A stretch of 64,000 bases of DNA from Octopus vulgaris. Lineage: Eukaryota. The stretch is taken from contig OX597842.1 of the NCBI GenBank assembly GCA_951406725.2, positions 6,882,001 through 6,946,000 on the forward strand, written 5' to 3'. A program made the position numbers and the translations under genes. Shown piece by piece: positions 1 to 13,476 of the stretch (position 1 is the first letter of the stretch; each line of letters opens with the position of its first letter). A model generated the notes under the pieces. The model had not been told where the DNA came from, did no database searches, and saw only the letters and a list, made by a program, of their open reading frames with translations.

Positions 1-1025
1 CTCTTGCAAAACTCACTTGTCCGCAATGAAAAATACTCCTCCAGTACTGTTCTGACCTCATCTACAGAATTTATATTTTTTCTGTACAAATGATTTTGAA
101 GACTGTGGAATAGATGATAATCAGATGGGGCAATGTCTGGCAAATATGGTTGGTAGGGCATCATTTCCCATTCAAACTGTTCCAGCCTTTGAAATGTCAT
201 CCTCACTGACTTAAGCCGCTCAAGCTGCTCATAGTAGATCTTCTTTGTAATTGTTTGGTTTGGGTTTAAAAGTTCAAAGTGGACTAAAACTTTCCTATCC
301 CACCAAACAGATAATAACACCTTATGTGGATGAAGACCTTCTTTAGCCTGGGGTGCCGGTGTTGCTTCTTTCCTTACCCACTGTCTTCTTCAGCACTTGA
401 CACTTTTATAGAGGACCCATTTCTTGTCACCAGTCACTATTTGGTTAAAAAAAGGTTCATTTGTGAGATGTGACAGCAAAGCAGAGCACCTATTCACTCT
501 CTGCACACAATTAGACTTTTCCAATGGCATGCAGGTATCAATGAATGGTTGAATGACCAAATCCAAACTTCTCTGCTAGTTTCTCAACAGTTACAATGGG
601 ATTTTGTTCCACCAAGGTTTGCAAGACATTCTCATCAAGCTCTACAGATCTTCCAGGATGAGACTCATTTTCTTGGCTGTAGTTTCCAGCTCAGAATTTC
701 TGGAACCACTGGCTTATGATTATCATCCAATCCCCTTATACTGCATTAGTATTCCTCACATTTTCCATTGTGTTGTTGCCTTTATTGAACTCATAAAGCA
801 AAATATGCCGAATATGCTCCTCCGAATATGCTCCTTCCATTATAGCTTTGAAAAAATAACTCTTAAAATCGAACTGCACTCTTCAAAACTTGAACTAAGG
901 ATAAGTACAAGGTAAAATTACTACCTGCTTTTATAGCAAGTTGATGCAGGTAGTTTATCTCATCCCCCTCTGATTTTTAGTTCATGCAATTGAAAAAACT
1001 GCATTCTCTATGGAATGACCCAATA
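1..1025 (-). mobile_element. Degenerate mariner (Tc1/mariner) transposon, internally deleted, runs off window start
   Basis: Minus-strand translation gives IVTGDKKWVLY, KEGLHPHKVLLSVWWD and YLPDIAPSDYHLF (mariner IVTGDEKW / YSPDLAPSDYHLF motifs), broken by indels. A TIR-like end ...GGAATGACCCAA followed by TA lies at 1012-1025. Confidence 0.85.
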
Positions 1026-1159
1026 TGTTTAAAACGCTAAAAACAGCCAAAGGTGTTTACATGAAAATCTACTCCCATCAGGGCTGCATTAATCTGCTTT
1101 TTTCTGATGATTTTTTTTTATGTAACTTCATTTTAAGAAAATCTTTTTTCCAAATATCT

Positions 1160-1530
1160 TTTATTTGTTTCAGTCATTAGACTGCAGCCATGCTGGAGCA
1201 CTGCCTTGAAGAATTCTTAGCTGAATGAATTGATCCCATTTCTTTTTTTCTTTTCTTTTTTTTTGTAAGTTTGGCCCTTTTGCCAAACCCCTAAGTTATG
1301 AAGACATAAACACACCAACACCAGTTGTCAAGTGGTGGAGGGGACAAACACAGACACAATGTCACACACACAACAGGCTTCTTTCAGTTTCCATCTGCCA
1401 AATCCACTCACAAGGGTTTGGTCACTCCGAGGCTATAGTAGAAGACATTTGCCCAAGGTGACATGCAGCGGGATTGAAACTGGAACCATGTGGTTGAGAA
1501 ACAAGCTTCTTACCACACATCCACACTTGT
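1160..1530 (-). mobile_element. tRNA-derived SINE family A copy
   Basis: Reverse complement of the element seen at 5110-5505. Confidence 0.75.
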
Positions 1531-1742
1531 GTGTGTGTAAATGTATGTATGTGTGTATACAGATACACATACATATATATAGTGTATATATATATATATC
1601 CAGTGGGCTGCTTTCTGGTTTTGTCAACCAAATCCATTCACAAGGGTTTGATTGCCTTGAAGCTCTAGTAGGTGGCATGCAGTGGAACTGACCCTGGAAT
1701 CATGTGGTTGAGAAACAAACTTCTTATAACATAGCCACACCT

Positions 1743-2003
1743 GTGTGTGTGTGTGTGTATATATACACACACATACACATACAGACACACACATACACAC
1801 ACATACTAACACACTCACACACACACTCACACAAACACATACTTACACACATACATACTCACACACATACACACACATACATACTCACACACACATACTC
1901 ACACACACATACTCACACACACATACTCACACACACATACTCACACACACATACTCACACACACATACTCACACACACACACACGCACACACACACACAC
2001 ACA

Positions 2004-2050
<47 letters not shown>
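1743..2050. repeat. (CA)n-rich compound microsatellite
   Basis: Direct inspection. Confidence 0.95.
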
Positions 2051-2051
<1 letters not shown>

Positions 2052-2821
2052 TTATCATCATTTTATCTCCACATTTTCCCATTCTTGTATGGGTTGGATA
2101 GGTCTTCTCCACCACTGTGTCCCCCTTTCACTTTTAATGATCTGTAAACATATCCAGAGATCAACTTTCATTCTTTTCACCTGTATAACCCCCAGTCTTT
2201 CTCTTCTACAGGTTCCGTCTACCAGGGCACTACTTTCCCCAAACGTTACTCTTCATATGTATCGCATTCTTGTACCAATGCAATCTTCCCTCTTGCACAC
2301 AATACCCGATTCCTTTTATACCCAGCTTTTCTCATCCACCCTAACATTAGACATTCAACAGAGCATGTTTCATTTGTTTTTTTCCTGCTTTCATGGTTGT
2401 TTTCCTATCTTCATATTTGGTCCCTCTTTTCTATTACCATGTAATGCCATCCAATCTACTCTTAACCTGAAGAGAGAATCCCTTGCAGCTAGCTCCCTAA
2501 ACTTATTTCTTCTGTGTTCTTACTCTGGCTACTATGCTTTCAGAACACTCCCACTCCACTGCTAATTAGGTCCCCTAGGTAACTGAAGATGTCAGTCAGT
2601 TCTGAGGTACTTTCAGGCTTTTGAAAGAATTTATTTCATGCTTGCTTTTACTGGCAACTCTTCTCTCACATCCAAAGTCTTTCTTCTCTCTTAGCCTGTC
2701 TATCTGTCTCTCTGTCTCTCTGTCTGTCTATCCAATTGTCCATCTGTCTTCCTTCTCTATTAGCCTGCCTGTCTGTGTCTGTCTATCCATCCATCCGTCT
2801 GCCTGTTTTCCTTCTGTATTG

Positions 2822-2822
2822 G

Positions 2823-2899
<77 letters not shown>

Positions 2900-2907
2900 T
2901 TATCTAT

Positions 2908-2960
<53 letters not shown>

Positions 2961-3082
2961 GATCTATCTATCTATCTATCGATCTATCTGTATCTATCTA
3001 TCTATCTCTCTCTCTCTCTCTCTCTCTTTCTCTATCTATCTATCTGTCTATCTATCTATCTATCTATCTATCTGCCTCTCTG

Positions 3083-3153
<71 letters not shown>

Positions 3154-3228
3154 CTCTTTCTCTATCTATCTATCTATCTCTCTCTCTCTCTCTTTCTCTA
3201 TCTATCTATATATATCTCTCTCTCTTTC

Positions 3229-3259
<31 letters not shown>

Positions 3260-3330
3260 CTCTTTCTCTATCTATCTATCTCTCTCTCTCTCTCTTTCTC
3301 TATCTATCTATATATATCTCTCTCTCTTTC

Positions 3331-3377
<47 letters not shown>

Positions 3378-3378
3378 G
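2822..3378. repeat. (TATC)n/(TC)n compound microsatellite
   Basis: Direct inspection; explains the SIYL-repeat ORFs. Confidence 0.95.
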
Positions 3379-3699
3379 TCCAACCGTCTGACTGTCTTCC
3401 TTCTCTAGCTTATCTGCCAGTCTGTCTGTCTATCTTCCTTTTCTATTAGCTTATCTATCTGTCTGTCTGTCCATCCATCTGATCATCTGTCTTTCTGTCA
3501 GTCTTTCCTTTCTATCAGCTTATCTATCTGTCTGTTTGTCTGTCCATCTGTCTGTCTGTTTTCCTTCTCTATTCCCCTATGTATCTATCTGTCCACCTGC
3601 CTGACTGTCTCTGGCCGGCTGTCTAGATTTGGTGGAACAAATAGAAGCAGAACTCAGTGTAGGTGTCCCTACAAGTTATTAATATGTATGTATTAGTCA

Positions 3700-4055
3700 T
3701 AGGAGTGGCCATATGGTAAGAAGCTTGCTTCCTAACCACATGGTTCTGGATTCAGTCCCACTCCATGGCACCTTGGGCAAATGTCTTCTACTATAGCCTC
3801 AGGCTGACAAAAGCCTTATGAGTGGATTTGGTTGACAGAAACTGAAAGAAGCCCATGTGTGTGTCTGTTTGTCCCCACACCATTGCTTGACAACTGATGT
3901 TGGTGTGTTTACGTTCCTGTAACTTAGCAGTTTGGCAAAAAGAACCAATAGAATAAGTACTAGGCTTTAAAAAAAAATTCTTGGGGTTGATTTGTTTGAC
4001 TAAAGTTGGTGCTCCAGCATGGCCACAATCAAATGACTGAAACAAGTAAAAAAAA
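3700..4055 (+). mobile_element. SINE family A copy
   Basis: Same head, GCACCTTGGGCAAGTGTCTT-type core and ...GACTGAAACAAGTAAAA tail as 5110-5505. Confidence 0.8.
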
Positions 4056-4439
4056 AGATGAGCATCAAACAGAATTGTGTGCCAGAGAGGCAGGAAAGGG
4101 AAATGAAAGTTCCTTTCATAATAATAGGCTTTGTCACAGATTGTTCTTCATATGTGTCAGGTCTTCATATGTGTCAGGTTCAACAGCTGGTTGTTGAAAG
4201 GTTGCTGATGTGTGCCCCATGTGCTACTGATTGTTGGCTGGTTCCATTGTTTATGTTTTCATTTCTGAAAGACCTTATAAAGGTTTTCATTGGTTGCCTT
4301 CAACAACCATGTGTAGATCATTTCCTGGTGACAGCAGCAAGTTTTGTTGTAACTTAGAATCTCTTTTTACTTGTTTCACTCATTACCCTGTGGCCTAGGT
4401 TCGTGGTATCTGAATAGAAAATGGGATTCTTTTATTTTT

Positions 4440-5030
4440 TTTCTTGTTTCAGTCATTTGACTGTGGCCATACTGGAGCATCACCTTGAAGGACTTTAGTC
4501 AAACAAATCGACCCTAGGACGTATTTTTTAAAGTCTAATAGTTATTCTATCAGTCTCCTTTGCTGAACTGCTAAGTCACAGGGATGTAATGAAACCAACG
4601 CTGGTTGTCAAGCAGTGATGGGTGGACAAATACAGACACACAAACACACACATATGATAAGCTTCTTTCAGCTTCCATCTACCAAATCAACTCACAAGGT
4701 TTTGGTCAGCCCAAGGCTATAGTAGAAGACACTTGCCCAAAATAGTTATTCTATCAGTCTCCTTTGCTGAACTGCTAGGTCACAGGGATGTAACCACACC
4801 AACACTGGTTGTCAAGCATTGATGGGTGGAGAAATACAGACACACACAAACACACACATGTATGACAGGCTTCTTTCAGTTTCCATCTACCAAATCCACT
4901 CACAAGGTTTTGGTCAGCCTGAGGCTATAGTAGAAGACACTTGCCCAAGGTGCCACATGGTGGGACTGAACTTGGAACCATGTGGTTGGGGACCAAGCTT
5001 CTTACCGCACAGCCATGCCTGTGCCTATGC
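4440..5030 (-). mobile_element. SINE family A with internal ~200 bp tandem duplication
   Basis: The AATAGTTATTCTATCAGTCTCC...GACACTTGCCCAA block is repeated at ~4537 and 4741. Confidence 0.75.
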
Positions 5031-5109
5031 ACACAGCCACGCCTGCACCTTATGCAACCATAATATACTACAAAGTTTATTAAACACCTTATCTGTAGAG
5101 ATAATCTTA

Positions 5110-5505
5110 AGGCGCAGAAGTGGCTGTGTGGTAAGTAGCTTGCTTACCAACCACATGGTTCCAGGTTCAGTCCCACTGTGTGGCACCTTGGGCAAGTGTC
5201 TTCAACTATAGCCTCAGGCCGACCAAAGCCTTGTGAGTGGATTTGGTAGGCGGAAACTGAAAGAAGCCTGTCATATATATGTATATGTATATATGTATGT
5301 GTTTGCGTGTCTGTGTTTGTTCCCCCCAACATCGCTTGACAACCGATGCTGATGTGTTTACGTCCCCTAACTTAGTGGTGAGGCAAGAGAGACCGTTAAA
5401 ACAAGTACTAGGCTTGCAAAGAATAAGTCCTGGGGTCGATTTCCTCGACTAAAGGCAGTGCTCTAGTATGGCCACAGTCAAATGACTGAAACAAGTAAAA
5501 GAGTA
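5110..5505 (+). mobile_element. tRNA-derived SINE family A (representative copy of >20 in window)
   Basis: A-box-like GTGGCTGTGTGGTAAG, B-box-like GGTTCAGTCCC, central TA/TG microsatellite and conserved tail. Other copies lie near 18045, 19330(-), 21985(-), 22960(-), 24668, 28135, 28880(-), 31556, 39810, 42278, 48700, 57595(-), 59836 and 62497. Confidence 0.85.
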
Positions 5506-5646
5506 AGTGATGGTTACAGATGTAACATTTTTAATCATAGATCTGTTAGGTCAAGACTATCCTAGGGCTAAACAACAACAACAACAACAGCAACATTGTA
5601 TTCAGTCATTAAAAATTCTTCTCTGCCCTCTCTTGTTGTTTCAGTG

Positions 5647-5920
5647 ATGGAGCAGAACGTGTTCGAAACAAGCAACCATCCAAGACACAGCAGCATCTGG
5701 ACCATTAAATGCAAGAACTTTGATGATGTCCTCACCACAAAAACATCAACAAGTTGTGTGGCCTGTTTGGTGGAACTGCTTGAAGAACCAAGTTATTTGA
5801 TTGTCAAGAAGAAATTGGTTCTTAGTGAATTTCTCCGACTCCTACAGAATTGCGACCAGCTGCCATTGCTTATCACACACAACTACGATGTTCTCAAGAA
5901 CACAGTCATCATTCTTATAG
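5647..5920 (+). CDS. MEI1: Meiosis inhibitor protein 1 homologue, first identified coding exon
   Basis: Acceptor ttgttgtttcAG ends 5644, ATG at 5647, donor G|GTTTCT at 5921 (phase 1). FETSNHPRHSSIW..SCVACLVELLEEPSYLIVKKKLVLSEF matches the remembered vertebrate MEI1 N-terminus [39 protein letters not shown]. Confidence 0.88.
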
Positions 5921-7019
5921 GTTTCTGTGGTGATTTATATGTTTATAGTGTGTGTGCATTTGTGTGTGTATATGTGAACATTTATATGTATGAGTGTGTG
6001 TTGTATCTATGTGTATGTATGTACTAAGAAGGCAAGCTGGCAGAATGGTTAGCACACTGAACAAAATTCTTAGTAGCGTTTCATTTGTCTTTATGTTCTG
6101 AGTTCAAATTCTGCCAAGGTCAGTTTTGTCTTTTATCCTTATGGGATTCATGAAATAAGTACCAGCTGATCACTGGGGTTGATGTAATCAAGTAGCTCTC
6201 ACTTTTCAGGCCTTGTGCATCATCATCGTCATTTAACATCTTCCTTCATGGGTTGGACAGTTTGGCAAGAGCTGCACCAAACTTCTGGTTTTTATGGTTG
6301 ATGCCTTTCCAAACACCAACCACCCAGCATAAAAAAGGATGATGTGCATGCATATGTGTACATGTGATAGTATGTGTATGAGAGTGCATATGTGTATGTG
6401 TGCTAGTGTACATGAGAGAGAGAGAAAGAGAGAGATTGTGTGTGTGTATATACATGTGCTTAGCTCCAGCTATTGCTGTCCCATCTCCAGCTATCACTGC
6501 CCCATCTTTTATTCAGACATAGTGTATCTAGGACTACTTTGACTAATGTATAGTAAGGTCTGTAGTCAGTATTTAAAGAAAGAAAATGGTAAGGTTACCT
6601 TCTTGAGTTATCCCAATTAATAGGGGCTGATTTCTCAGTTTCATAGTGTATATATTTCCCACCTGGATGGGACACCAGTCCATCGCAGGATTACTCATTT
6701 TTGCCAGCTGAGTGGACTGGAGCAATGTGAAATGAAGTGTCTTGCTCAAGAACACAACACATCACCTGCTCCAGGAATTGAAACCACAATCTTACAATCA
6801 TGAGTTCAACATCCTAACCACTAAGCCATGTGCCTCCACAATGGTTAGTACTAGTGACTGAGTGAATGCCCGCAAAATTGATTGATCCCCTCCCCTCCAA
6901 ATTCAGCTTGACACAAAACATTTCTAACAAGAGATCTACTCTGTGGTTACTCAACCTGCTAACAATAGCAGCCAAGTCTTCTTCAAATCTCAGCAAACTT
7001 TTAAAAAGTAAGAGCAATG

Positions 7020-7280
7020 GATTATGTTGTCCTACGTACACTACATCTAAACAGGATCGGATGGTCGTGTTTGGATCATATTTGATCATAGGTCTGCTGG
7101 ATGAGGATGGCCATGGGCTTAAACAGCAACAGCAACTGTAACCATCAATATTAACTACTATACATTAGATAATGTAATCCTAGGTACACTATGTCTGAAT
7201 AAAGAGATGGGGTGGTTACATCTTTGATTATAGGTCTGCAGGATCAACACTGACCTATTGCTAAACAACAACAACAACAG
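7020..7280 (+). repeat. ~140-150 bp dispersed/tandem repeat ending in (AAC)n
   Basis: Unit approx. TACATTAGATAATGTAGTCCTAGATACACTATGTCTGAATA..GGATGGTCACAGCTGGAACATCTTTGATCATAGG..GGGCTAAACAAC. Also at ~5510-5590, 11890-12095, 12570-12919 and 44425-44905. Confidence 0.75.
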
Positions 7281-7944
7281 TGTATACTGTTTATATTAGT
7301 CAAACTGATGTCCCCATTTTGATTGTTGCTTTCACTCCATTTTAGCTGTTGTACACTCTGGCCTTCCACAGGTGTCTTGTGTTGAACTCAGTTGTTGTAT
7401 CGGATACAACTGCTTTCAACACAAACCACCTGAATAAGGCTGGAGTGTACAACAGCTGAAACATGGTGACAGCAACAATTGATATGAGGATACCAGTCTG
7501 ATTAATATAAACAGTGGAGCACTCCATCGGTTACAACAACGAGGGTCCCAGCTGATACGATCAACAGAACAGCCTGCTCGTGAAATTAACATGCAAGTGA
7601 CTGAGCAATCCACAGACACATGTACCCCTAATGTAGTTCTCAGGAAGATTCAGCATGACACAGAGTGTGACAAGGCTGGCCCTTTGAAATACATGTACAA
7701 CTCATTTTTACCAACTGAGTGAACTGGAGCAACGTGAAATAAAGTGTCTTGCTCAAGGATACAACGCGTCCCAGGAATGGAACTCATGACCCTACAGTCA
7801 TGATCCGAATGCCCTAACCACAAAGCCATACGCCTTCACAGTATATAAACAGTATACATAATATAAATACCCTCATCTCACAAATATTGAATTGAACAAC
7901 TATAACCATTATTACAAATTTCTCTTGTCTTATTTGAATTTTAG

Positions 7945-7992
7945 ATTTATTAGAAGTGACTGAAGAGAATTTTCTGGCATTAGTCATTGAAG
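7945..7992 (+). CDS. MEI1: MEI1 homologue exon 2 (DLLEVTEENFLALVIE)
   Basis: tttAG acceptor, AG|GTAAGC donor, 48 nt, phase 1-1. Aligns with MEI1 GLLCSMEDGSVTDLCIE. Confidence 0.82.
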
Positions 7993-8124
7993 GTAAGCCT
8001 ATTTCTTTACTTACTTGCCATAAATTTTTGTGTATAAATGCTTCTGTGTGTGTATGTTTGTGAGTGTTTGTTGTGATTGTATTGTGCATGTATGTGTGTT
8101 TTTTCTTTACACAACAACATTTCA

Positions 8125-8645
8125 TAGCTGAATCCCAACCCATGTCTAAAAAAAGTACTCGGAACCCATAAAATAATGAAGACAACCCAAATCCCTAAAA
8201 AACCTAGTCACCAATGCAAAATTACCCAACATAAACCCACCGCTCACTGTCAAAAAATGTGGTCATTCCAACTGCAGGACTTGCATCCACCGCATTGAAG
8301 GAACAATGTACAAATTCCAGTTGGGACACACTTTTGTCATAAAAAATAACTTTACCTGCGCATCAAAAAATTTACTCTATGTCATAAGGTGTGAAGGGTG
8401 CCACAAAGATTACATAGGGCAAACGAGCCTAACCCTCAGAGAAAGGATGACAGTTCACCGCCAACAACTGAGAGATCCCACCACAAAACAGATACCACTT
8501 AGTGGGCATTTAGACCTCTGTGCACACAACAAGTCCCCCAAATTCCTAGTTTTCCCACTATACCAATGCCCGGACAACACCACTGACCAAACACAAATAA
8601 ATAGGAAAATAATCTTATTCAAAAATACAGACCACAACTCTACAT
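8125..8645 (+). mobile_element. Penelope-like element fragment, GIY-YIG endonuclease
   Basis: KCGHSNCRTC..FTCASKNLLYVIRCEGCHKDYIGQTSLTLRERMTVHR: Cys linker plus GIY-YIG signature; frameshifted. Confidence 0.88.
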
Positions 8646-8649
8646 ACTC

Positions 8650-10270
8650 TAACATACCCCACAGGTATACATCCAAAAAAAACACACAGAAACACATACA
8701 GGTATACAAAATCACGCACACACAAAAACAATGCCAACCTCCGATGCAAATACACACATGCACATACACAATATCCTCACACTAGAGCACAAACCCACAC
8801 ACATCCCAAGAAAAAACACATACATATATACACTTGCAATATGATTCTAGCAACCATAACCAACACTTACACACATATACACATGTGAACACAGCCATGC
8901 ACACGCCTACACACACCACCCCGAAATTACAAATCCCATTCACACAAACACACCCACACATAGACAGATACACAAACAAACACGCAACTACAACACAACT
9001 CACACAAACACACATGCATTTATGCACACCTGTACACACACACACAATACGCCCGTACCCCAGTAATAAAATCACACACACTCAAAAGAAAAAACACACA
9101 TACACGCACAATGCAATCACAACAAACACTCACAAACATACATACACACAAGCATGCACACACACAATGACACACACCTCCCCGACAAATACAAGACACA
9201 TAGACACACCCACACAAACACACCTACACGTATACACATACACTGCACTAACAATACAAACAAAACAAATCACTCACAAATGCAACACACACATACACAC
9301 ACCCAGAAACTACATAAACCATACCCACATATATACACACACTCACAAACACATACTCAATACCAACACACACAAAATGTATATGCACACACATACACAC
9401 CACCCAGATAAACCCAACACACATGGACACACAGAACCCCTGATAAATACAACACACTTACACATACATACACATCCATACATACCCATACACATGCATA
9501 TGCACCCTCACACACACATATGGTTGCTCACATCCACACACACACCCACCACATGGACAATTAAAACACAAACATACTAAGACAGACACAACACACACAC
9601 TCACACACACATAACATCCCCACTAACACAAAAAACACACAAACATACACACGCACACATACAGACGCACCTATACACACACATGCGCACACACAACACC
9701 ATGACAAATACTAATCACACACATACATACACACACACTACAAGGACAATTAAAACACAAACATACAGACAGACACAACATACACACTCACAACATCTCG
9801 ACCAACCCAAAAAACACACAAACATACATGCACACATATACACACGCGAACAAACACAAACACACACATGCACACACAACACTATAACAAATACCAATCA
9901 CACACATACATACACACACACGCAACACCAGGATAATCATAACAACACAAACATACTAAGACAGATACACACACACTCATGTACACACACACTCACCTAC
10001 ACACACATAACATCTCCAACAAAAAAACACACAAGCATACACATGCACCCACAGACGCACACATTACACACTTGCAAACAAACACATACACACACTTGCA
10101 CACACACATACACACACACAAACGTGCACACATATACACACACCATCCTACCAAATATTAAACACACACAGACACATTTACATGCACCACAATAAACCCT
10201 GGAACCAATCAAAAATGGCCCACATACACAAGCACAAACACATGTATATACACACACACACACTCACACC
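8650..10270 (+). repeat. Degenerate C/A-rich low-complexity tract following the GIY-YIG fragment
   Basis: Nearly G-free CA-rich sequence with internal duplications (GGACAATTAAAACACAAACATAC at ~9555 and ~9744). Confidence 0.85.
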
Positions 10271-10808
10271 ATTCTGACCTCTAAAGACCAATCCCCAAAA
10301 CCACTGAACCTTGAAAGAGAAACAAAAAATTCCTTTCAAATCCAAATTGCTCTTCCTTTCCCCACCCAAACCAACCTCCCACACTCCCTTAAAATAGAAA
10401 ATAGCCTTTCACAATAAAATGGTGAAACAGGTCAGTCTATCTCAAATTCTTTGTAAACTCCTAAATATATCTCCTTCTGTGTATATATATACCACCAAAA
10501 TATGACCTTTTTGAACTTATAATTTTCTGTGTATATATATAGATACTTCCAAACAAACATAATTTTTAATGAAATCCTAATATTTTTTATGAACTTTTTA
10601 ATATTTTCTCAAGATTTTTCCTCTAAACTGTTTTTAACATTTTCTTGTTATTATCAAAGAATGTATATATGTCTTGTAATATTTTGTGACAACCAGTACC
10701 TAACACAACAAAGCTTTTACATGTTACTTTTTACAATCTTTTTCTAAAAAAGTGAAAGTGGCCAAGTGAATAAACATCTTTTAAAATTGCATTTTCAAAC
10801 CTTCTTTC

Positions 10809-10849
<41 letters not shown>

Positions 10850-11263
10850 GATAAGATCATTAATTTAATTATTGATCTTATCAAGTGGCCAGCATGGGAA
10901 TAAAAACCTTCAAAGGTAATCATTATTATTCAAATTATGATTTAGGGTATCTAAGAGATACTTCCACACTGGAAATAGCAGCCAAAACTTGACTCTAAAA
11001 CCACATTAAATGTTCATACAGCACCAAGAGAGTCAAGTTTTGGCTTCTATTTCCAGCGTGGAGGTATCTCTTAGATACCCTAAATTATAAATATATATAT
11101 ATATATATGTAATTTACACGTGCACACACATACTCAACAAGTGATAGGTATATGATTTAAGCCCTGTTAGTGGGCCTGTTTGCTCTTTATGCCAAATATT
11201 AGTCTAAACTATTTCAATCTCAAATTCCTGAAATTCTACCTTTCCTTTTACAAATATTTCCAG

Positions 11264-11337
11264 TCTGCTTGAAGTTGTTAAATCTTGCCAAATCTGATCC
11301 GCTAACAACTCTGGTTCTGGATTTCATTGCTAACCAA
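11264..11337 (+). CDS. MEI1: MEI1 homologue exon 3 (VCLKLLNLAKSDPLTTLVLDFIANQ)
   Basis: tttccAG acceptor, |GTAAGT donor, 74 nt, phase 1-0. Same length as MEI1 [25 protein letters not shown]. Confidence 0.82.
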
Positions 11338-13127
11338 GTAAGTGGAAGCATATCATTTATCGTTTCTGTTTTGTCTGCTTTGGTGTGGTGGGATTGAAAT
11401 GGAAAAGCACTACAATGAGAGCAAAGGAAGTTGTGGCAGGAAACCCAGGAAGACATGGGAGGAAATATTGAAGGCTGATCTCAAAGAACTTAAGAAGGAG
11501 ATGGCAGAGGGCTGTGATATGTAGCAAATAGCTGTACTCAAAAAGACCTGCCCACCACAACAGAATTGAAATCCTAAAACTGAAGGCGCTGCATAAAAAG
11601 CTCTGGTGATGGTGCCATGTAAAAAGCACCCAGTACATTCTGTGGAGTGGTTGGTGTTAGGAAGAGCATCCATCCATAGAAACCAAGCCAAAACAGACTA
11701 TGGAACCTGGTGCAGCCCCTGGCCTGGCCAGTTTTTGTCAAGCTGTCCAACCCATGGCAGCTTAGAAAACGATTGTTAAATGTTATTGATGATTATGGTG
11801 ATGATGATGTCTACAAGTGGATGTGATCTTGGAACTGTAATACAAAACAGTATATTATAAACCCAATGAAGGAGTTTATGAATATAAGATGGATTATATG
11901 CTTGCTGGATCAGGTCTGATCTGGGGTTAAATAACAACTGTAACTGCTAATACTTACTGTTGAGTAATGCTTACTTACTACCAGGTAATGTATCCCTAGA
12001 TACACTATGTCTGAATAAAAGGCAGAATGGTCACTGACATGACATCTTGATTATAGGTCTGTTGGATAAGAACTAATGTAGTACTAAACAACATATAAGA
12101 CAAATTGTACCAATACCAATCAATCAGAGTAGTGGACACAACAGGGTCCAAAATGCAGCCAAAGGCTAGCTGTTATCTACTGCATTCGTATATATGTATA
12201 TATAACAGTTGTTTGTTCCTTCTCAAGCCAGTTTCCTGGTTTCCTTGGCATATAGGGCCAGTTTCCTGGTTTCCTTGACATATAGGTTCCCCACCTGGAT
12301 GGGACGCTGGTTCGTCACAGGTGAGCTGCAAGATGCAGGAGTGAGAGAAAGTTGTGGCAAAACAGTCAGCAGAAGTTCACCATTACCTTCTGTCGGAGCC
12401 GTGTGGAGCTTAGGTGTTTCGCTCATAAACACACACATTGCCCGGTCTGAAATTCGAACCCGTGATCCCTCAACCACGAGTCCGCTGCTCTAACTACTAG
12501 GCCATGTGCCTCCACATATATAATAGAGAGGAGAAGAATTTCACTCAAGTGTATGCTACACCACTAATACTAACTGCTATACATTAGATAATGTAGTCCT
12601 AGATGCACTATGTCACAAACCATGGAATGGTCACAGCTGGAACATCTTTGATCATAAGTCTGTTGAATCAGGACTGGCCTGGGGCTAAACAACAACAAAT
12701 ATAGCCTATAGTACTAACACCGTACTATACCTTAGATAATCTAGTCCTAGATACATTATATCTGAATATAAGATGGGATGGTCACAGTTGGAAGCCTTTG
12801 ATCATAGGTCTACTGGATCAAAACTAACCTGGAGCTAAACAATAACAACTACAAGCACTAACACTAACTGCTATACATTAGATAATGTACTCCTAGATGC
12901 ACTATGTCTGAATAAAAGACAAAACACTGTGAGTAGCTTGTTCCTCAGTTCGAATGTGCATCAAGCATATTTGGACTGATAATAACATTGCAATTTCACT
13001 TTTCACTGCTTAGTGCTCCCGTTTTGTAAGTTACTTACAGTGAGTCACCTTATAGCACTACCAGTCATTGTATGCTGACTGGAAAAGCATAAGAGAGCTA
13101 GTCTCTTAATTCAGCTCATAGTGTCGT

Positions 13128-13470
13128 GAAGGCACATGGCTCAGTGGTTAGAGCATCAAGCTTACGATCGTGAGGTTTTGAGCTTGAATCCTGGACTGGG
13201 CTGTGTGTTGTGTTCTTGAGCAAGACACTTTATTTCACACTGCTCCAGTTCACTCAGCTGTAGAAATGAGTTGTGATGTCACAGGTGCCAAGCTGTATCG
13301 GCCCCTTTTCCTTTCCCTTGGATAACATCAGTGGTGTGGAGAGGGGAGGCTGGTATGCATGGGCGACTGCTGGCCTTCCATAAACAACCTTGCCCAGACT
13401 TGTGCTTGGGAGGGTAACTTTCTAGGTGCAAGACCATGGTCAGTGTCATGACCGAAGGGGTTCACAAAAA
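13128..13470 (+). mobile_element. tRNA-derived SINE family C with 8-bp TSD, inserted into the retrozyme-like unit
   Basis: TGGCTCAGTGGTTAGAGC A box, A-rich tail, TSD AGTGTCGT at 13120-27 and 13471-78; the empty site is visible at ~13818. Related copies lie at ~50105-50560 and 26215-26470. Confidence 0.9.
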
Positions 13471-13476
13471 AGTGTC

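Noticed and set aside
2621-3449. Long ORFs of SIYL repeats (also 60372-60992) and HT/YI/CV-rich ORFs throughout
   Set aside because: These are stop-free translations of microsatellites.
4819-5332. Recurrent ORF YDRLLSVSIYQIHSQGFG..EAIVEDTCPRCH, appearing like a multicopy gene
   Set aside because: It is the antisense translation of SINE family A.
13128-13200. tRNA-like sequence with A/B boxes (also 50105, 50230)
   Set aside because: These are SINE heads followed by SINE body; no proper acceptor stem.
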